Assembly: GCA_052146595.1 (NCBI GenBank)
Contig: JBKQMT010000110.1
Coordinates: 14,275 to 78,274, forward strand
Direction of reading: 5' to 3'
DNA length: 64,000 nucleotides
DNA from: Acidimicrobiales bacterium
Lineage (GTDB): Bacteria; Actinomycetota; Acidimicrobiia; Acidimicrobiales; Bog-793
In this document: piece by piece, positions 42,622-50,898 of the stretch
Numbering within the stretch: position 1 is the first letter of the stretch
Layout of the letters: each line of letters begins with the position of its first letter
The notes under the pieces: model-generated
Databases searched by the model: none
Told to the model about the DNA's origin: nothing
Seen by the model: only the letters and a program-made list of their open reading frames with translations
Program-made: the position numbers and the translations under genes

Positions 42622-42888
42622 CTACCTGCCGGTGCGCTCGCGGTGCCTGCACCCTGGCCAGCAGCAGGGTCGACGCTGGCCTTCCTCCAGCTCCTCCTGG
42701 GTCCGGCGGATGCGGCGTTCTCGGGTCATCTCCTGCTTGGCATCCTCCACCCAGCAGATGAACTCGTTTCGGGCCAGAGGCGTGATGTCCTTCCAAGCAT
42801 CGAGTGCCGTCGGGTTGGCGATCAGCGCCCTGCGTATGTCTGCGGGAAGCTTGTGCACCACCCCACCGGGCACTCGCTGGCTGCTCAC
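42622..42888 (-). CDS. YdeI/OmpD-associated family protein (short)
   Basis: LPADIRRALIANPTALDAWKDITPLARNEFICWVEDAKQEMTRERRIRRTQEEL is characteristic of this family. Length is 88 aa. Confidence 0.7.
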   Translation of the reverse strand: MSSQRVPGGVVHKLPADIRRALIANPTALDAWKDITPLARNEFICWVEDAKQEMTRERRIRRTQEELEEGQRRPCCWPGCRHRERTGR

Positions 42889-43043
42889 AGGGTCACGGTA
42901 GCGGTCCAGGGGCCGGCCTGTTTGACCAACTCAGCGGCACCTGCCGACGCGGTCGTGACGGCAGTCAGCTCCGGACATAGGTCAGGGGAATGTTCGGCGA
43001 CCCGATACCGTTTTCTGGCATTGTCGCCTTGGTCACGATCGGA

Positions 43044-43065
43044 ACGTCAGCTCAGCTTCTGACGT
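43044..43065. promoter_or_regulatory. inverted repeat ACGTCAG-N8-CTGACGT upstream of the ABC exporter
   Basis: The 7-bp perfect arms sit 38 nt upstream of the GTG at 43103, in the ydeI/ABC divergent region. Confidence 0.35.
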
Positions 43066-43102
43066 CCCAGCGTGAACACGAGTAGAGAGAGGTTGAGGTC
43101 GC

Positions 43103-44038
43103 GTGCCGGTTGTCTCCGTCGAGCAACTCGCAAAGTCCTACCAAGGGGTCGAAGCAGTCAAGGACGTCAGCTTCGAGGTGAACGAGGGCGAGGTCTTCGC
43201 GCTTCTCGGACCCAACGGCGCAGGCAAGACCACGATCATCGAGATTCTCGAGGGCTTTCGCAAGCGTGACCATGGTCACGTTCTCGTGCTCGGTTACGAC
43301 CCGGCGGACGCGGCGACCAGCCGTCAGTTGCGAGAACGCATGGGGGTCGTGCTCCAGGAGCTTGCCGTCGAGCCGTTCCTGTCGGTGCGCCAAGCCCTCA
43401 CGCGCAATGCGGGCTACTACCCGAATCCGCGCTCAGTTGACGAGGTGCTCGGGCTCGTCGGGCTGGCCGAGAAGGCGGACGACAGGGTTAAGTCTCTCTC
43501 CGGTGGGCAGCAGCGCCGCTTGGACCTCGGGCTCGGCATCGTCGGCAACCCGAGCCTGCTCTTTCTCGACGAGCCCACGACGGGTTTCGATCCCTCGGCG
43601 CGACGTGGGGCTTGGGAAGTGGTACGGGCACTGACGGGCGGGGGGACGACGGTGGTCCTCACGACCCATTACATGGACGAGGCGGAAACACTCGCGGATC
43701 GTGTCGCGGTGATCAACGCCGGTCGGATCGTCGCCGAGGGCGCCCCCGAATCACTAGGGGGCCGCGACGTGGGCGAGTCGACCATCCGTTTCCGGCTGCC
43801 GGCAGCCGCCGCGTCGACGCTTCCCGTCCCGGCGAAGGTCTCGAACAACGGTGTCTGTGAGATCAAGACCGATAGGGAGGTCGAGGTGCTGGCCGCCCTC
43901 ACGAACTGGGCCCTTCGCGAGCACGTGGAGGTGGTGGGCTTGACCGTGGAGCGCCTCACCCTGGAGGACGTCTATCTGCGATTGACCGGCTTCGAGTCCA
44001 ACGGTGACGCCTCCTCGCTCGCGATCGGGAACACGTGA
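43103..44038 (+). CDS. ABC transporter ATP-binding protein (DrrA-like)
   Basis: Walker A GPNGAGKTT, signature LSGGQQRRL and Walker B LLFLDEPT are present. Confidence 0.9.
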   Translation: MPVVSVEQLAKSYQGVEAVKDVSFEVNEGEVFALLGPNGAGKTTIIEILEGFRKRDHGHVLVLGYDPADAATSRQLRERMGVVLQELAVEPFLSVRQALTRNAGYYPNPRSVDEVLGLVGLAEKADDRVKSLSGGQQRRLDLGLGIVGNPSLLFLDEPTTGFDPSARRGAWEVVRALTGGGTTVVLTTHYMDEAETLADRVAVINAGRIVAEGAPESLGGRDVGESTIRFRLPAAAASTLPVPAKVSNNGVCEIKTDREVEVLAALTNWALREHVEVVGLTVERLTLEDVYLRLTGFESNGDASSLAIGNT

Positions 44039-44904
44039 TGGGGGGTCAGACCTCTTCGCGCCGCTTTCGCGGGGTCAGTGACCTGAGGCTCGCAGGCCGC
44101 CAGGTCTATTACGAGCAGCTCAACTTCTGGCTGAACCCGATCGGCGCCGTCTTCACGGTCGGGTTCTCCGTCGTCTTCCTCGTCCTTGTCGGCTCGACCG
44201 CAGGGCACCAGCGCAGCAGCGCCATCGGCGGCGGCCTCCTCATCGGGTACTACGTCCCGGGGTTCATCGCTTACGGAGTGATGGCTGCTTGTTTCAACAT
44301 GTTGACCATCAATCTCGTCGTGAGGCGAGAGATGGGGCTCCTGAAACGCGTGCGCCTCTCACCGCTTCCCACCTGGGCCATGATGGCGGCCGTTTCGGCC
44401 AATGCGCTGATCATCTCCGCGGTTCAAGTCGTTCTCGTGTTGTTGATCGGGCGGATCGGATACGACGTCCCCTTCCCGCACGACCTCCCCGCTCTTGTCG
44501 TCGTCCTCGTCGTCGGCGCGGCGTCGTTCACCGCTCTCGGTCTGGGAGTGAGCACTCTGATCCCGAACCAGGAAGCGGGGGCGCCTGTCACGAGCATCGT
44601 CTTTTTCGTCCTGCTCTTCCTGTCAGGATTGTGGTTCCCCTTGGCGGCGAACTCGGGGCTGGCGAAGTTCTCGTCCTATCTGCCCGTCCGGCACATGATC
44701 GTCGCCGTGTACGACGCGTCGATCGCTCAAAAGGGGGTGTCGAGCTGGCCGTGGCACGACCTTTTCGTCATGGCGATTTGGGGCGTTGGAGCGGTTCTCG
44801 TGGCTGCGCGGCGCTGGAGCTGGGCTCCGCGCCAGGCCACGCGTGGCCAGAACGCACGGGGCTTCTCAAGCTTCGCCATGATGAGCCGGCGCCAACCGGG
44901 GTGA
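44035..44904 (+). CDS. ABC-2 type transporter permease (DrrB-like)
   Basis: The GTG overlaps the ATPase stop (GTGA). The 289-aa protein has 6 TM helices. Confidence 0.8.
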   Translation: MMGGQTSSRRFRGVSDLRLAGRQVYYEQLNFWLNPIGAVFTVGFSVVFLVLVGSTAGHQRSSAIGGGLLIGYYVPGFIAYGVMAACFNMLTINLVVRREMGLLKRVRLSPLPTWAMMAAVSANALIISAVQVVLVLLIGRIGYDVPFPHDLPALVVVLVVGAASFTALGLGVSTLIPNQEAGAPVTSIVFFVLLFLSGLWFPLAANSGLAKFSSYLPVRHMIVAVYDASIAQKGVSSWPWHDLFVMAIWGVGAVLVAARRWSWAPRQATRGQNARGFSSFAMMSRRQPG

Positions 44905-44983
44905 GCAGGAGCCCTTTTGTGAGAATTCGGATCGCCCCAAAGCCGTCGGCAGACTCACCAGTTCGACGGATGGCAGAAGTCGA

Positions 44984-45952
44984 TCACAGGTGCTCCGTGG
45001 AGGTTCCGTGCGTCACCGCCGTTTCGATCGCTGCAACCTCAGCGACCATCCAGGACTGGTAGTCGTACCCGGGCGTGGGCATCGTTTCGTAGACGCCGAC
45101 GACGGGTACTCGGGCGGACTGAGCCGTCTGCCGGAACGATGTCGTGAGTGAGTCGACGACCTGCTGGTTGTAACAGAAGACCTTTACCTGATGTTTGGTG
45201 AAGAAGTTGTTCTCGAGGGAGATGTCCTCTGGAGGCGGGTCGATACCGTTCATGATGTCGGCTTGGAGGGGGTAAGGGGTGAGAATGTCCATGCCCATCG
45301 CCTGGAGCATGTAGTCGGCGACTGGCTCGGTCACAGCGACCGCCGTTCCGGAGTATTTGGCCCTGAACGCCGCGATCGCTTCGAACCACGGCTTCAGGGA
45401 GGCGTCGAAGGCTCGCAATCTCGTCTCGAAGTACGCCTTGTGGCTCGGCTCGAGCTCAGACAGGTCCGCGGCCATGAGTTTGGCGACCGCCGGCATCGTC
45501 TTCGGGCTGTACCAAAGGTGCGGATTCGGCGTGTCGTCCGGGAGACCCAGCACCTTCTGGACGACGATGAGCTTCCGATCAGGGTTCGGTGAGCCGGATT
45601 CGAGGTTGTTCATGAAACTGTCGTAGCCGACACCGTTCTGAACGATCAGCTCGGCGCGGCTCACCTCCCCCGCCACGCTCGGGCTCGCCTCGAAGCTGTG
45701 GGGGTCCGTGTTGGGGTTGCTGATGATGGACGACACCTGGACGTACTTGCCCCCGATCTGGCCGAGAACGTTCGCGTATTCGTTCTCCGTCCCGACGGCG
45801 TTGATCTCGCTCGGCTTCGCGGTACTCGTCAAGACGCTGCTCGCGCAGCCTGTCAAGAGCAGTGATAGAGCGAGGAGCGTGCCCGCAACGGCGAAGCTCA
45901 CGAGGCGCCCCCACCGGCGCGGAGCCTTCGACGGTTGCCCTGGAGTCGTCAT
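44984..45952 (-). CDS. metal (Zn/Mn) ABC transporter substrate-binding lipoprotein, ZnuA/TroA family
   Basis: A lipobox is present (LLLTGCASS). The cluster A-I SBP pattern follows (...NPHLWYSP..., ...DPHSFEASP...). No cognate permease or ATPase gene is adjacent. Confidence 0.8.
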   Translation of the reverse strand: MTTPGQPSKAPRRWGRLVSFAVAGTLLALSLLLTGCASSVLTSTAKPSEINAVGTENEYANVLGQIGGKYVQVSSIISNPNTDPHSFEASPSVAGEVSRAELIVQNGVGYDSFMNNLESGSPNPDRKLIVVQKVLGLPDDTPNPHLWYSPKTMPAVAKLMAADLSELEPSHKAYFETRLRAFDASLKPWFEAIAAFRAKYSGTAVAVTEPVADYMLQAMGMDILTPYPLQADIMNGIDPPPEDISLENNFFTKHQVKVFCYNQQVVDSLTTSFRQTAQSARVPVVGVYETMPTPGYDYQSWMVAEVAAIETAVTHGTSTEHL

Positions 45953-45964
45953 GCAGGAACCCTA

Positions 45965-45985
45965 TAATAAGACTGAGTCTTATTA
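45965..45985. promoter_or_regulatory. perfect 9-3-9 AT-rich palindrome TAATAAGAC-TGA-GTCTTATTA, a candidate Fur/Zur-family operator
   Basis: It lies 13 nt upstream of the SBP start codon, between the divergent SBP and Fur-family genes, in an otherwise GC-rich region. Confidence 0.6.
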
Positions 45986-46196
45986 CAAGTGAGGATGCAG
46001 ATCAAGGCCGCTGAGGATCGCCGGGAGAAGAAGAGCTGGTCGGGGCGCCGTCCGCACGCGTACGTCCCCCACAATGACCGCACCCTCCGCCGAACTGACA
46101 GGATTGTGGTCATGAGGCTGTCGTCGGTGACAACGGAGTCGACCGAAATAGTTACGAGCACCCCTGCGCGGAGCGCGACGGGCGCTCCGGATCACA

Positions 46197-46682
46197 TTGC
46201 CGGGAGATCCGAGCTCGAGGGGAGAGCCGTCTTTGCAGGCGCTCACTATCGATAACAGCCTTCACGAGCTCGTCGAGGTTCGGCTCCGACGAGTGGACCT
46301 GCGCTACACCTCGGGCCGGCGAGCGATCGTCGAGTTGCTCGCGTCGGCCGGCCATCCGGTGAGCATCTCCAACATCGCGACCGAGCTTCCAGATGTTCCC
46401 AGGAGTTCGGCCTACCGCCACCTGGTCGATCTCCAAAGTGCAGGCGTGGTCCGGCGGCTCGCGGCCGAAGATGAGTTCGCTCGATTCGAGCTCGCCGAGG
46501 ACCTGACCGAACACCATCACCACATGCTGTGTACGACCTGCGGTCGTGTGATTGACGTCACGCCAACGCCGGCGTTCGAGCGGACTGTCGCCAAGATGGT
46601 GAAAGAGCTCGCGACCCAGCACGGCTTTCGCCCGACCGCTCACGCTTTGGACGTAGTCGGACACTGCGCGACCTGCGAGTAG
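46197..46682 (+). CDS. Fur-family metalloregulator (likely Zur)
   Basis: It has a winged-helix N-terminus (RAIVELLASAGHPVSISNIA), the segment HHHHMLCTTCGRV and a C-terminal GHCATCE (two CxxC pairs). The start is uncertain. Confidence 0.8.
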   Translation: MPGDPSSRGEPSLQALTIDNSLHELVEVRLRRVDLRYTSGRRAIVELLASAGHPVSISNIATELPDVPRSSAYRHLVDLQSAGVVRRLAAEDEFARFELAEDLTEHHHHMLCTTCGRVIDVTPTPAFERTVAKMVKELATQHGFRPTAHALDVVGHCATCE

Positions 46683-46714
46683 CCCAACCGTTCCCCTCGA
46701 GGCCTGGGGCGCAT

Positions 46715-46915
46715 CTATTGTCCAGATCTCGTGCGCGTTGGCTGGCCGGGTCTGCGTATCTCTCGACTGGGAAGTCGGCCGGCTTCAGCCAGCGCCCGGC
46801 GCAACAGGAACTCGATCTGAGCGTTGGCGCTTCGCAGCTCGTCGGCGGCCCAGTGGGCTAGTGCATCGTGGATGGCGGGATCTAGCCGTAGCAGTACGCT
46901 CTTGCGCTCACTCAT
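46715..46915 (-). CDS. ribbon-helix-helix (Arc/MetJ-type) DNA-binding protein
   Basis: MSERKSVLLRLDPAIHDALAHWAADELRSANAQIEFLLRRAL shows the RHH pattern. It lies 18 nt downstream of the SPFH gene. Confidence 0.65.
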   Translation of the reverse strand: MSERKSVLLRLDPAIHDALAHWAADELRSANAQIEFLLRRALAEAGRLPSREIRRPGQPTRTRSGQ

Positions 46916-46933
46916 CGCGTTGCAGTACTGCGC

Positions 46934-47863
46934 CTATTGGTAGAGGGAGCCGGTGTTGATCACCGGCTGGGTGGCCTGTTCGCTGCACAGGACGACGAGG
47001 AGATTGGAAACCATGGCAGCTTTCCTCTCTTCGTCCAGTTCGACGACGTCCCTCTCTTCGAGCCGCTGCAGAGCGAGCTCGACCATACCAACTGCTCCTT
47101 CGACGATGCGCTGGCGGGCCGCCACCACGGCGCTCGCCTGCTGCTGCCGCAGCATCGCCTGAGCGATCTCGGGGGCGTAGGACAGTCGGGTGAGCCGTGA
47201 CTCGATGATCGTCACACCAGCAGGACGCACTCGGTCCGTGATCTCGGCCGACAGCCGCTGCGTTATCTCCTCGGCGTTGTCGCGCAGCGAGAGAGCGCCG
47301 CTGCCGCGGCTGTCGTACGGGTAACTCGACGCGGTGTGACGCACTGCGGTCTCTGTCTGGATGGCGACGAAACGAGTGAAGTCGTCGACGGCATAGATCG
47401 CCATTGCGGTGTCCTGGACCCGCCAGACGACGACGGCGGCGATCTCGATCGGGTTGCCGTCGGCGTCGTTCACCTTTGCGATGGAAGTCTCGAGGTTCCG
47501 CACGCGAGTGGAGACCTTCCTCCTCTCGGCGAAAGGGTTCACCCAGTGCAGGCCGGACGCACGGATGGTCCCGTGGTACCTCCCGAACAGCTGGACGACG
47601 CGCGCCTCTCCCGGGACGACGGCCGTCAGACCCTTGAACGCGAGATAGGCGGCGATGACCAGCGCGATGCCGACCGCGAGGCGGGCTATCGGGCCAGCGG
47701 TGGTCCATCCGCCTTCGGCAGCGCCGAACCCCATCAGCGTGCCGGCCGCCATCACCATCCCTATGCCGAGAAAGAGCACGGCGACACCTGGCGCCGACCA
47801 TGCCTCGCGCTCGGTCACTTGCCTCGGGTCTTGTGGCGAGTTAGTTGGAAGCTGCTCAGTCAT
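46934..47863 (-). CDS. SPFH/band-7 domain protein
   Basis: An N-terminal TM pair is followed by the SPFH core (VVQLFGRYHGTIRASGLHWVNPF...VVVWRVQDTAMAIYAVDDF...). Confidence 0.85.
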   Translation of the reverse strand: MTEQLPTNSPQDPRQVTEREAWSAPGVAVLFLGIGMVMAAGTLMGFGAAEGGWTTAGPIARLAVGIALVIAAYLAFKGLTAVVPGEARVVQLFGRYHGTIRASGLHWVNPFAERRKVSTRVRNLETSIAKVNDADGNPIEIAAVVVWRVQDTAMAIYAVDDFTRFVAIQTETAVRHTASSYPYDSRGSGALSLRDNAEEITQRLSAEITDRVRPAGVTIIESRLTRLSYAPEIAQAMLRQQQASAVVAARQRIVEGAVGMVELALQRLEERDVVELDEERKAAMVSNLLVVLCSEQATQPVINTGSLYQ

Positions 47864-47903
47864 GGTCGCGGACCTCCGAGTGGCTCAGCTGATACTACTT
47901 CAT

Positions 47904-47916
47904 TATCATAATGATA
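47904..47916. promoter_or_regulatory. perfect 6-1-6 palindrome TATCAT-A-ATGATA in an AT-rich patch upstream of the SPFH operon
   Basis: It sits within gatactacttcatTATCATAATGATAtcac, 41-53 nt upstream of the SPFH start. It resembles Fur-box hexamers (GATAAT/ATTATC). Confidence 0.45.
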
Positions 47917-48017
47917 TCACATCGGCCGGGCAGCTACAGCGAAGAACCGTGGCGCTGACCTCCGGCGCGCTGTCGCCGGCCCGATCGATGGATCTCTTAT
48001 CGCGCGTCGGAATGCCG

Positions 48018-48053
48018 AGCCTGCCTTGGCGGTGATCCTCCGCCGGGCAGGCT
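48018..48053 (-). terminator. GC-rich hairpin downstream of the DinB-like gene
   Basis: AGCCTGCC-tt-GGCGG-tgatcct-CCGCC-g-GGCAGGCT gives 13 paired positions. No clear U-tract follows. Confidence 0.4.
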
Positions 48054-48089
48054 GGACGGGCGCAGAAGGTCCTGACGGCAGGTGAATGG

Positions 48090-48641
48090 CTACTGCCCCA
48101 CGCGTCCGTCGATTCGTTCTCGCAGCAAGTCCGCATGGCCGGCATGACGGGCATACTCCTCGATCATGTGCACCAGCACCTCACGCAGGCTGATCGATTT
48201 GCCCTTGCCGTAGCTCCCGGCCACCTCTAGGTTCGGTGCCTCCTCGACGAAGCGCTCGGCAAAGAACACCTCCTCCCGCCAGGCGGCCCAAGCGGACTCC
48301 ACCGCCTCTGGGTCGCCGATGGCCCCGTTGAACGCGGCGTCCCGGTCGTCGTCGCGCTGGTACAGAGACGGGACATCCTGGCTGTCGAGGACACGGCGGA
48401 ACCAGTGACGCTCAACGTCGGCGAGATGGCGAACCAGACCAAGCAGTGACAGGTTCGACGGCTCGACCGACCGGCGTGACATATCGACGGCCCCGAGGCC
48501 TGAGCACTTCAACTCGATGGTCAGGCGGTAGTCGCGCAGGTAGCCGACCAGCGTTGCCCGTTCGTCGTCGAAACCACCCTCGCTCCGAGGATCCTCCTCG
48601 GGGCGGACGAACATGTTCGACCACCCGAAGTTGCGAGTCAT
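48090..48641 (-). CDS. DinB/DUF664 family protein
   Basis: DERATLVGYLRDYRLTIELKCSGL...LLGLVRHLADVERHWF...VLVHMIEEYARHAGHADLLRE matches the family. The start is set at ATG 48641, which has a GGGAGG 5 nt upstream. Upstream alternatives are 48701 and 48728. Confidence 0.8.
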   Translation of the reverse strand: MTRNFGWSNMFVRPEEDPRSEGGFDDERATLVGYLRDYRLTIELKCSGLGAVDMSRRSVEPSNLSLLGLVRHLADVERHWFRRVLDSQDVPSLYQRDDDRDAAFNGAIGDPEAVESAWAAWREEVFFAERFVEEAPNLEVAGSYGKGKSISLREVLVHMIEEYARHAGHADLLRERIDGRVGQ

Positions 48642-48879
48642 GCCCGCCTCCCGCAGCTCGGTGTCTGTCCGCTGGCCGGCTGGAGCGGTGTCGTCCGTCA
48701 TATGACCAGAGTGGACTATTTCGAGCACGCCGCACCAGCCGTTTCCGGGTCACGATCGGAGCTGCCACCATCGACGTCGCCGGTCATCAGCGCGACGCAG
48801 CGACAGCTTTGGAGCGGTGCGGCACTATATGGGATCTTTTAATGGCTTCATTCGCTGGCGAGCAGGAGGGGGGATAACC

Positions 48880-49470
48880 GTGGCCGCGGTGCGCGAGGGT
48901 AACAAGGCAGTGCTGCTGGTTGTAGACGTGCAGGTCGGCGTGATGGGCGAGGCGTGGGATTCCAAGCGCATCATCAAGAACGTGGCGCGCGCTGTAGAGC
49001 GGGCACGCGCAGAGGGCGTGCCCGTCGTGTGGGTGCAGCACTCCGACGAGCAGCTGGCTTACGGGAGCCCCGAGTGGCAGTGGGTGCCAGAACTGCTACC
49101 TGCCGAGGGTGAGCCGTTGTTGCACAAGAAGTTCAACTCGTCGTTCGAGCAGACCGAACTCGAGGAGGAGCTCGCCAAGCTGGGCGCGACCCACGTCGCG
49201 CTGGCCGGTGCCGCCACGAACTGGTGCATCCGCGCCACGGCCTACGGAGCCCTGGAGCGGGGCTACGACCTGACCCTTATCGAGGACGCCCACACAACAG
49301 ACACCATGGAGCTCGACAACGGGACGAAGATCGAGGCCTCGAAGGTCGTCGACGAGCTCAACGTCTGCATGACCTGGGTCAGCTACCCCGGCCGCACGAA
49401 CGGCACGGCTACGGCCGAGCAGGTCGACTTCGCCATTCCCGGCGGCAAGGTGCAGCGTCATGACGGTTGA
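48880..49470 (+). CDS. isochorismatase-family cysteine hydrolase
   Basis: AVLLVVDVQVG, KKFNSSF and the LAGAATNWCIRAT catalytic Cys context are present. AGGAGG lies 9 nt before the GTG at 48880. Confidence 0.8.
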   Translation: MAAVREGNKAVLLVVDVQVGVMGEAWDSKRIIKNVARAVERARAEGVPVVWVQHSDEQLAYGSPEWQWVPELLPAEGEPLLHKKFNSSFEQTELEEELAKLGATHVALAGAATNWCIRATAYGALERGYDLTLIEDAHTTDTMELDNGTKIEASKVVDELNVCMTWVSYPGRTNGTATAEQVDFAIPGGKVQRHDG

Positions 49471-49601
49471 GGTCTTGCTGTTCCACCACACATAGGTCAA
49501 GAGGTAGGCCTTCAGAGCCTCGCCGCTGACGGGCCCGCATAGGGCGTCATTTGAGGCAGGACGGACGACTTCGGGCGGCGAGCCGCTGTAGCGTCGCCGA
49601 C

Positions 49602-50642
49602 ATGAGCGACCGCGCGGAGATCGTTGCCAGGGCACAGCGGGTCGCGGAAGACGTGCTGTTCCCCGGGGCGCTCGAGACCGACGCAAGTCCCTGCGTGCCC
49701 ATCGGCCGGCTGGACGCGCTCGCCTCGGCGGGTCTCTACGGCCTCTTCGGGCCGAGCGAGGCGGGCGGTCTCGCCGCCGATCCGGTCACGGGCGCCGAGG
49801 TGACCGAGATCCTCGCCGGCGCGTGCCTGACGACCTCGTTCGTCTGGACCCAACACCACAGCGCCGTCCTCGCCGTCGCCAACGCCGGCTCAGAGGCGCT
49901 GCGCAACGAGTGGCTGGCCCCGCTGTGCCGGGGGGACCGGCGCGCGGGGGTGGCCTTTGCCGGCTTGCGACGTCCGGGCCTGCCTATCTTGATAGCGCGC
50001 CGTTCGCGGGACGGGTGGGTCCTGCACGGCAGCGCCCCCTGGGTCACCGGATGGGGCCGCATCGACGTCGTCCACACTGCTGCGCGTGACCTCGCCGGCA
50101 ACGTCGTGTGGCTGCTCGTGGACGCCTCGTCCTCGGACACTCTCGCGGTCGAGCCGCTCGAGCTCGCGGCCGTGAACGCCAGCGCGACGGTCAGCCTCCG
50201 GTTCTGGGGCCATGAGGTTCCGGCGGACCGGCTCACCTTGGCAGAGCCGTTCGAGGCGTGGATCGAACGCGACACCGCCGGGCTCGCCCGCAATGGCTCG
50301 TTCCCGCTCGGCATCGCCAGCCGCTGCTCCACTCTCTTGGGCGCAGGGCCGTTCGACGAGGAGATAGCCGCCTGCCGGAGGCTGCTCCGCGAGTCGACAC
50401 CCGAGACGGTCGTAGAGGCACGTTGCCGGGCGGCGGAGCTTGCCGTGCGCGCTGCCTCGGCACTGGTGGCTTCCGGGGGAGGACGATCCGTGCTCATGAG
50501 CGAGCAGGCGCAGCGGCTGGCACGCGAGGCCATGTTTCTCCTGGTGTTCGGCCAGACACCCTCGATCAGGGCCGCCCAGCTGCAGCGGTACCGAGATGGA
50601 TCTGAAAGAGCCGCCCAGGACCTTGGAACCGACCGTCCCTGA
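49602..50642 (+). CDS. acyl-CoA dehydrogenase family protein
   Basis: The layout is typical (...GLYGLFGPSEAGG..., ...WVLHGSAPWVTGWGRIDV...). The start is trimmed to ATG 49602. Confidence 0.7.
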   Translation: MSDRAEIVARAQRVAEDVLFPGALETDASPCVPIGRLDALASAGLYGLFGPSEAGGLAADPVTGAEVTEILAGACLTTSFVWTQHHSAVLAVANAGSEALRNEWLAPLCRGDRRAGVAFAGLRRPGLPILIARRSRDGWVLHGSAPWVTGWGRIDVVHTAARDLAGNVVWLLVDASSSDTLAVEPLELAAVNASATVSLRFWGHEVPADRLTLAEPFEAWIERDTAGLARNGSFPLGIASRCSTLLGAGPFDEEIAACRRLLRESTPETVVEARCRAAELAVRAASALVASGGGRSVLMSEQAQRLAREAMFLLVFGQTPSIRAAQLQRYRDGSERAAQDLGTDRP

Positions 50643-50653
50643 CGATCGGAAAG

Positions 50654-50684
50654 GCTTGGCCCCGCCGCAGGGGCGGGGCCAAGC
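50654..50684. terminator. perfect 13-bp-stem hairpin between convergent genes (bidirectional terminator candidate)
   Basis: The sequence is gCTTGGCCCCGCC-gcagg-GGCGGGGCCAAGc, with arms at 50654-50666 and 50672-50684. Confidence 0.6.
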
Positions 50685-50743
50685 TGGAGGGAAAGGCTGA
50701 GCGGCCCAGATCAGTTGATGGCTTCGCCAATGGAAGCGCTTGA

Positions 50744-50863
50744 TCAGGCTTTGTGTGCGTGGTGGTGGGTCAGCTTCCTTTCCACACGGTGGCCGAGCCG
50801 CTTGGCGGCCTTGGCCAGGATCGCCGTCTTGACGAGCTTCCTTGCGATTGGGCGTCGACGCAT
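50744..50863 (-). CDS. small (39 aa) basic, His-rich protein
   Basis: It is below the ORF-track cutoff. The peptide is MRRRPIARKLVKTAILAKAAKRLGHRVERKLTHHHAHKA. GAAAGGAAG lies 5 nt upstream of the ATG at 50863. It starts 35 nt downstream of the DUF6325-like gene. Confidence 0.45.
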   Translation of the reverse strand: MRRRPIARKLVKTAILAKAAKRLGHRVERKLTHHHAHKA

Positions 50864-50898
50864 GTTGACTTCCTTTCAGGTTGTTCGATCGTTAGCTG

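Noticed and set aside
45989-46255. 88-aa ORF in the SBP/Fur divergent region
   Set aside because: It has low GC3 and an Arg-rich odd composition, and it overlaps the likely promoter and operator region and the start of the Fur-family gene.
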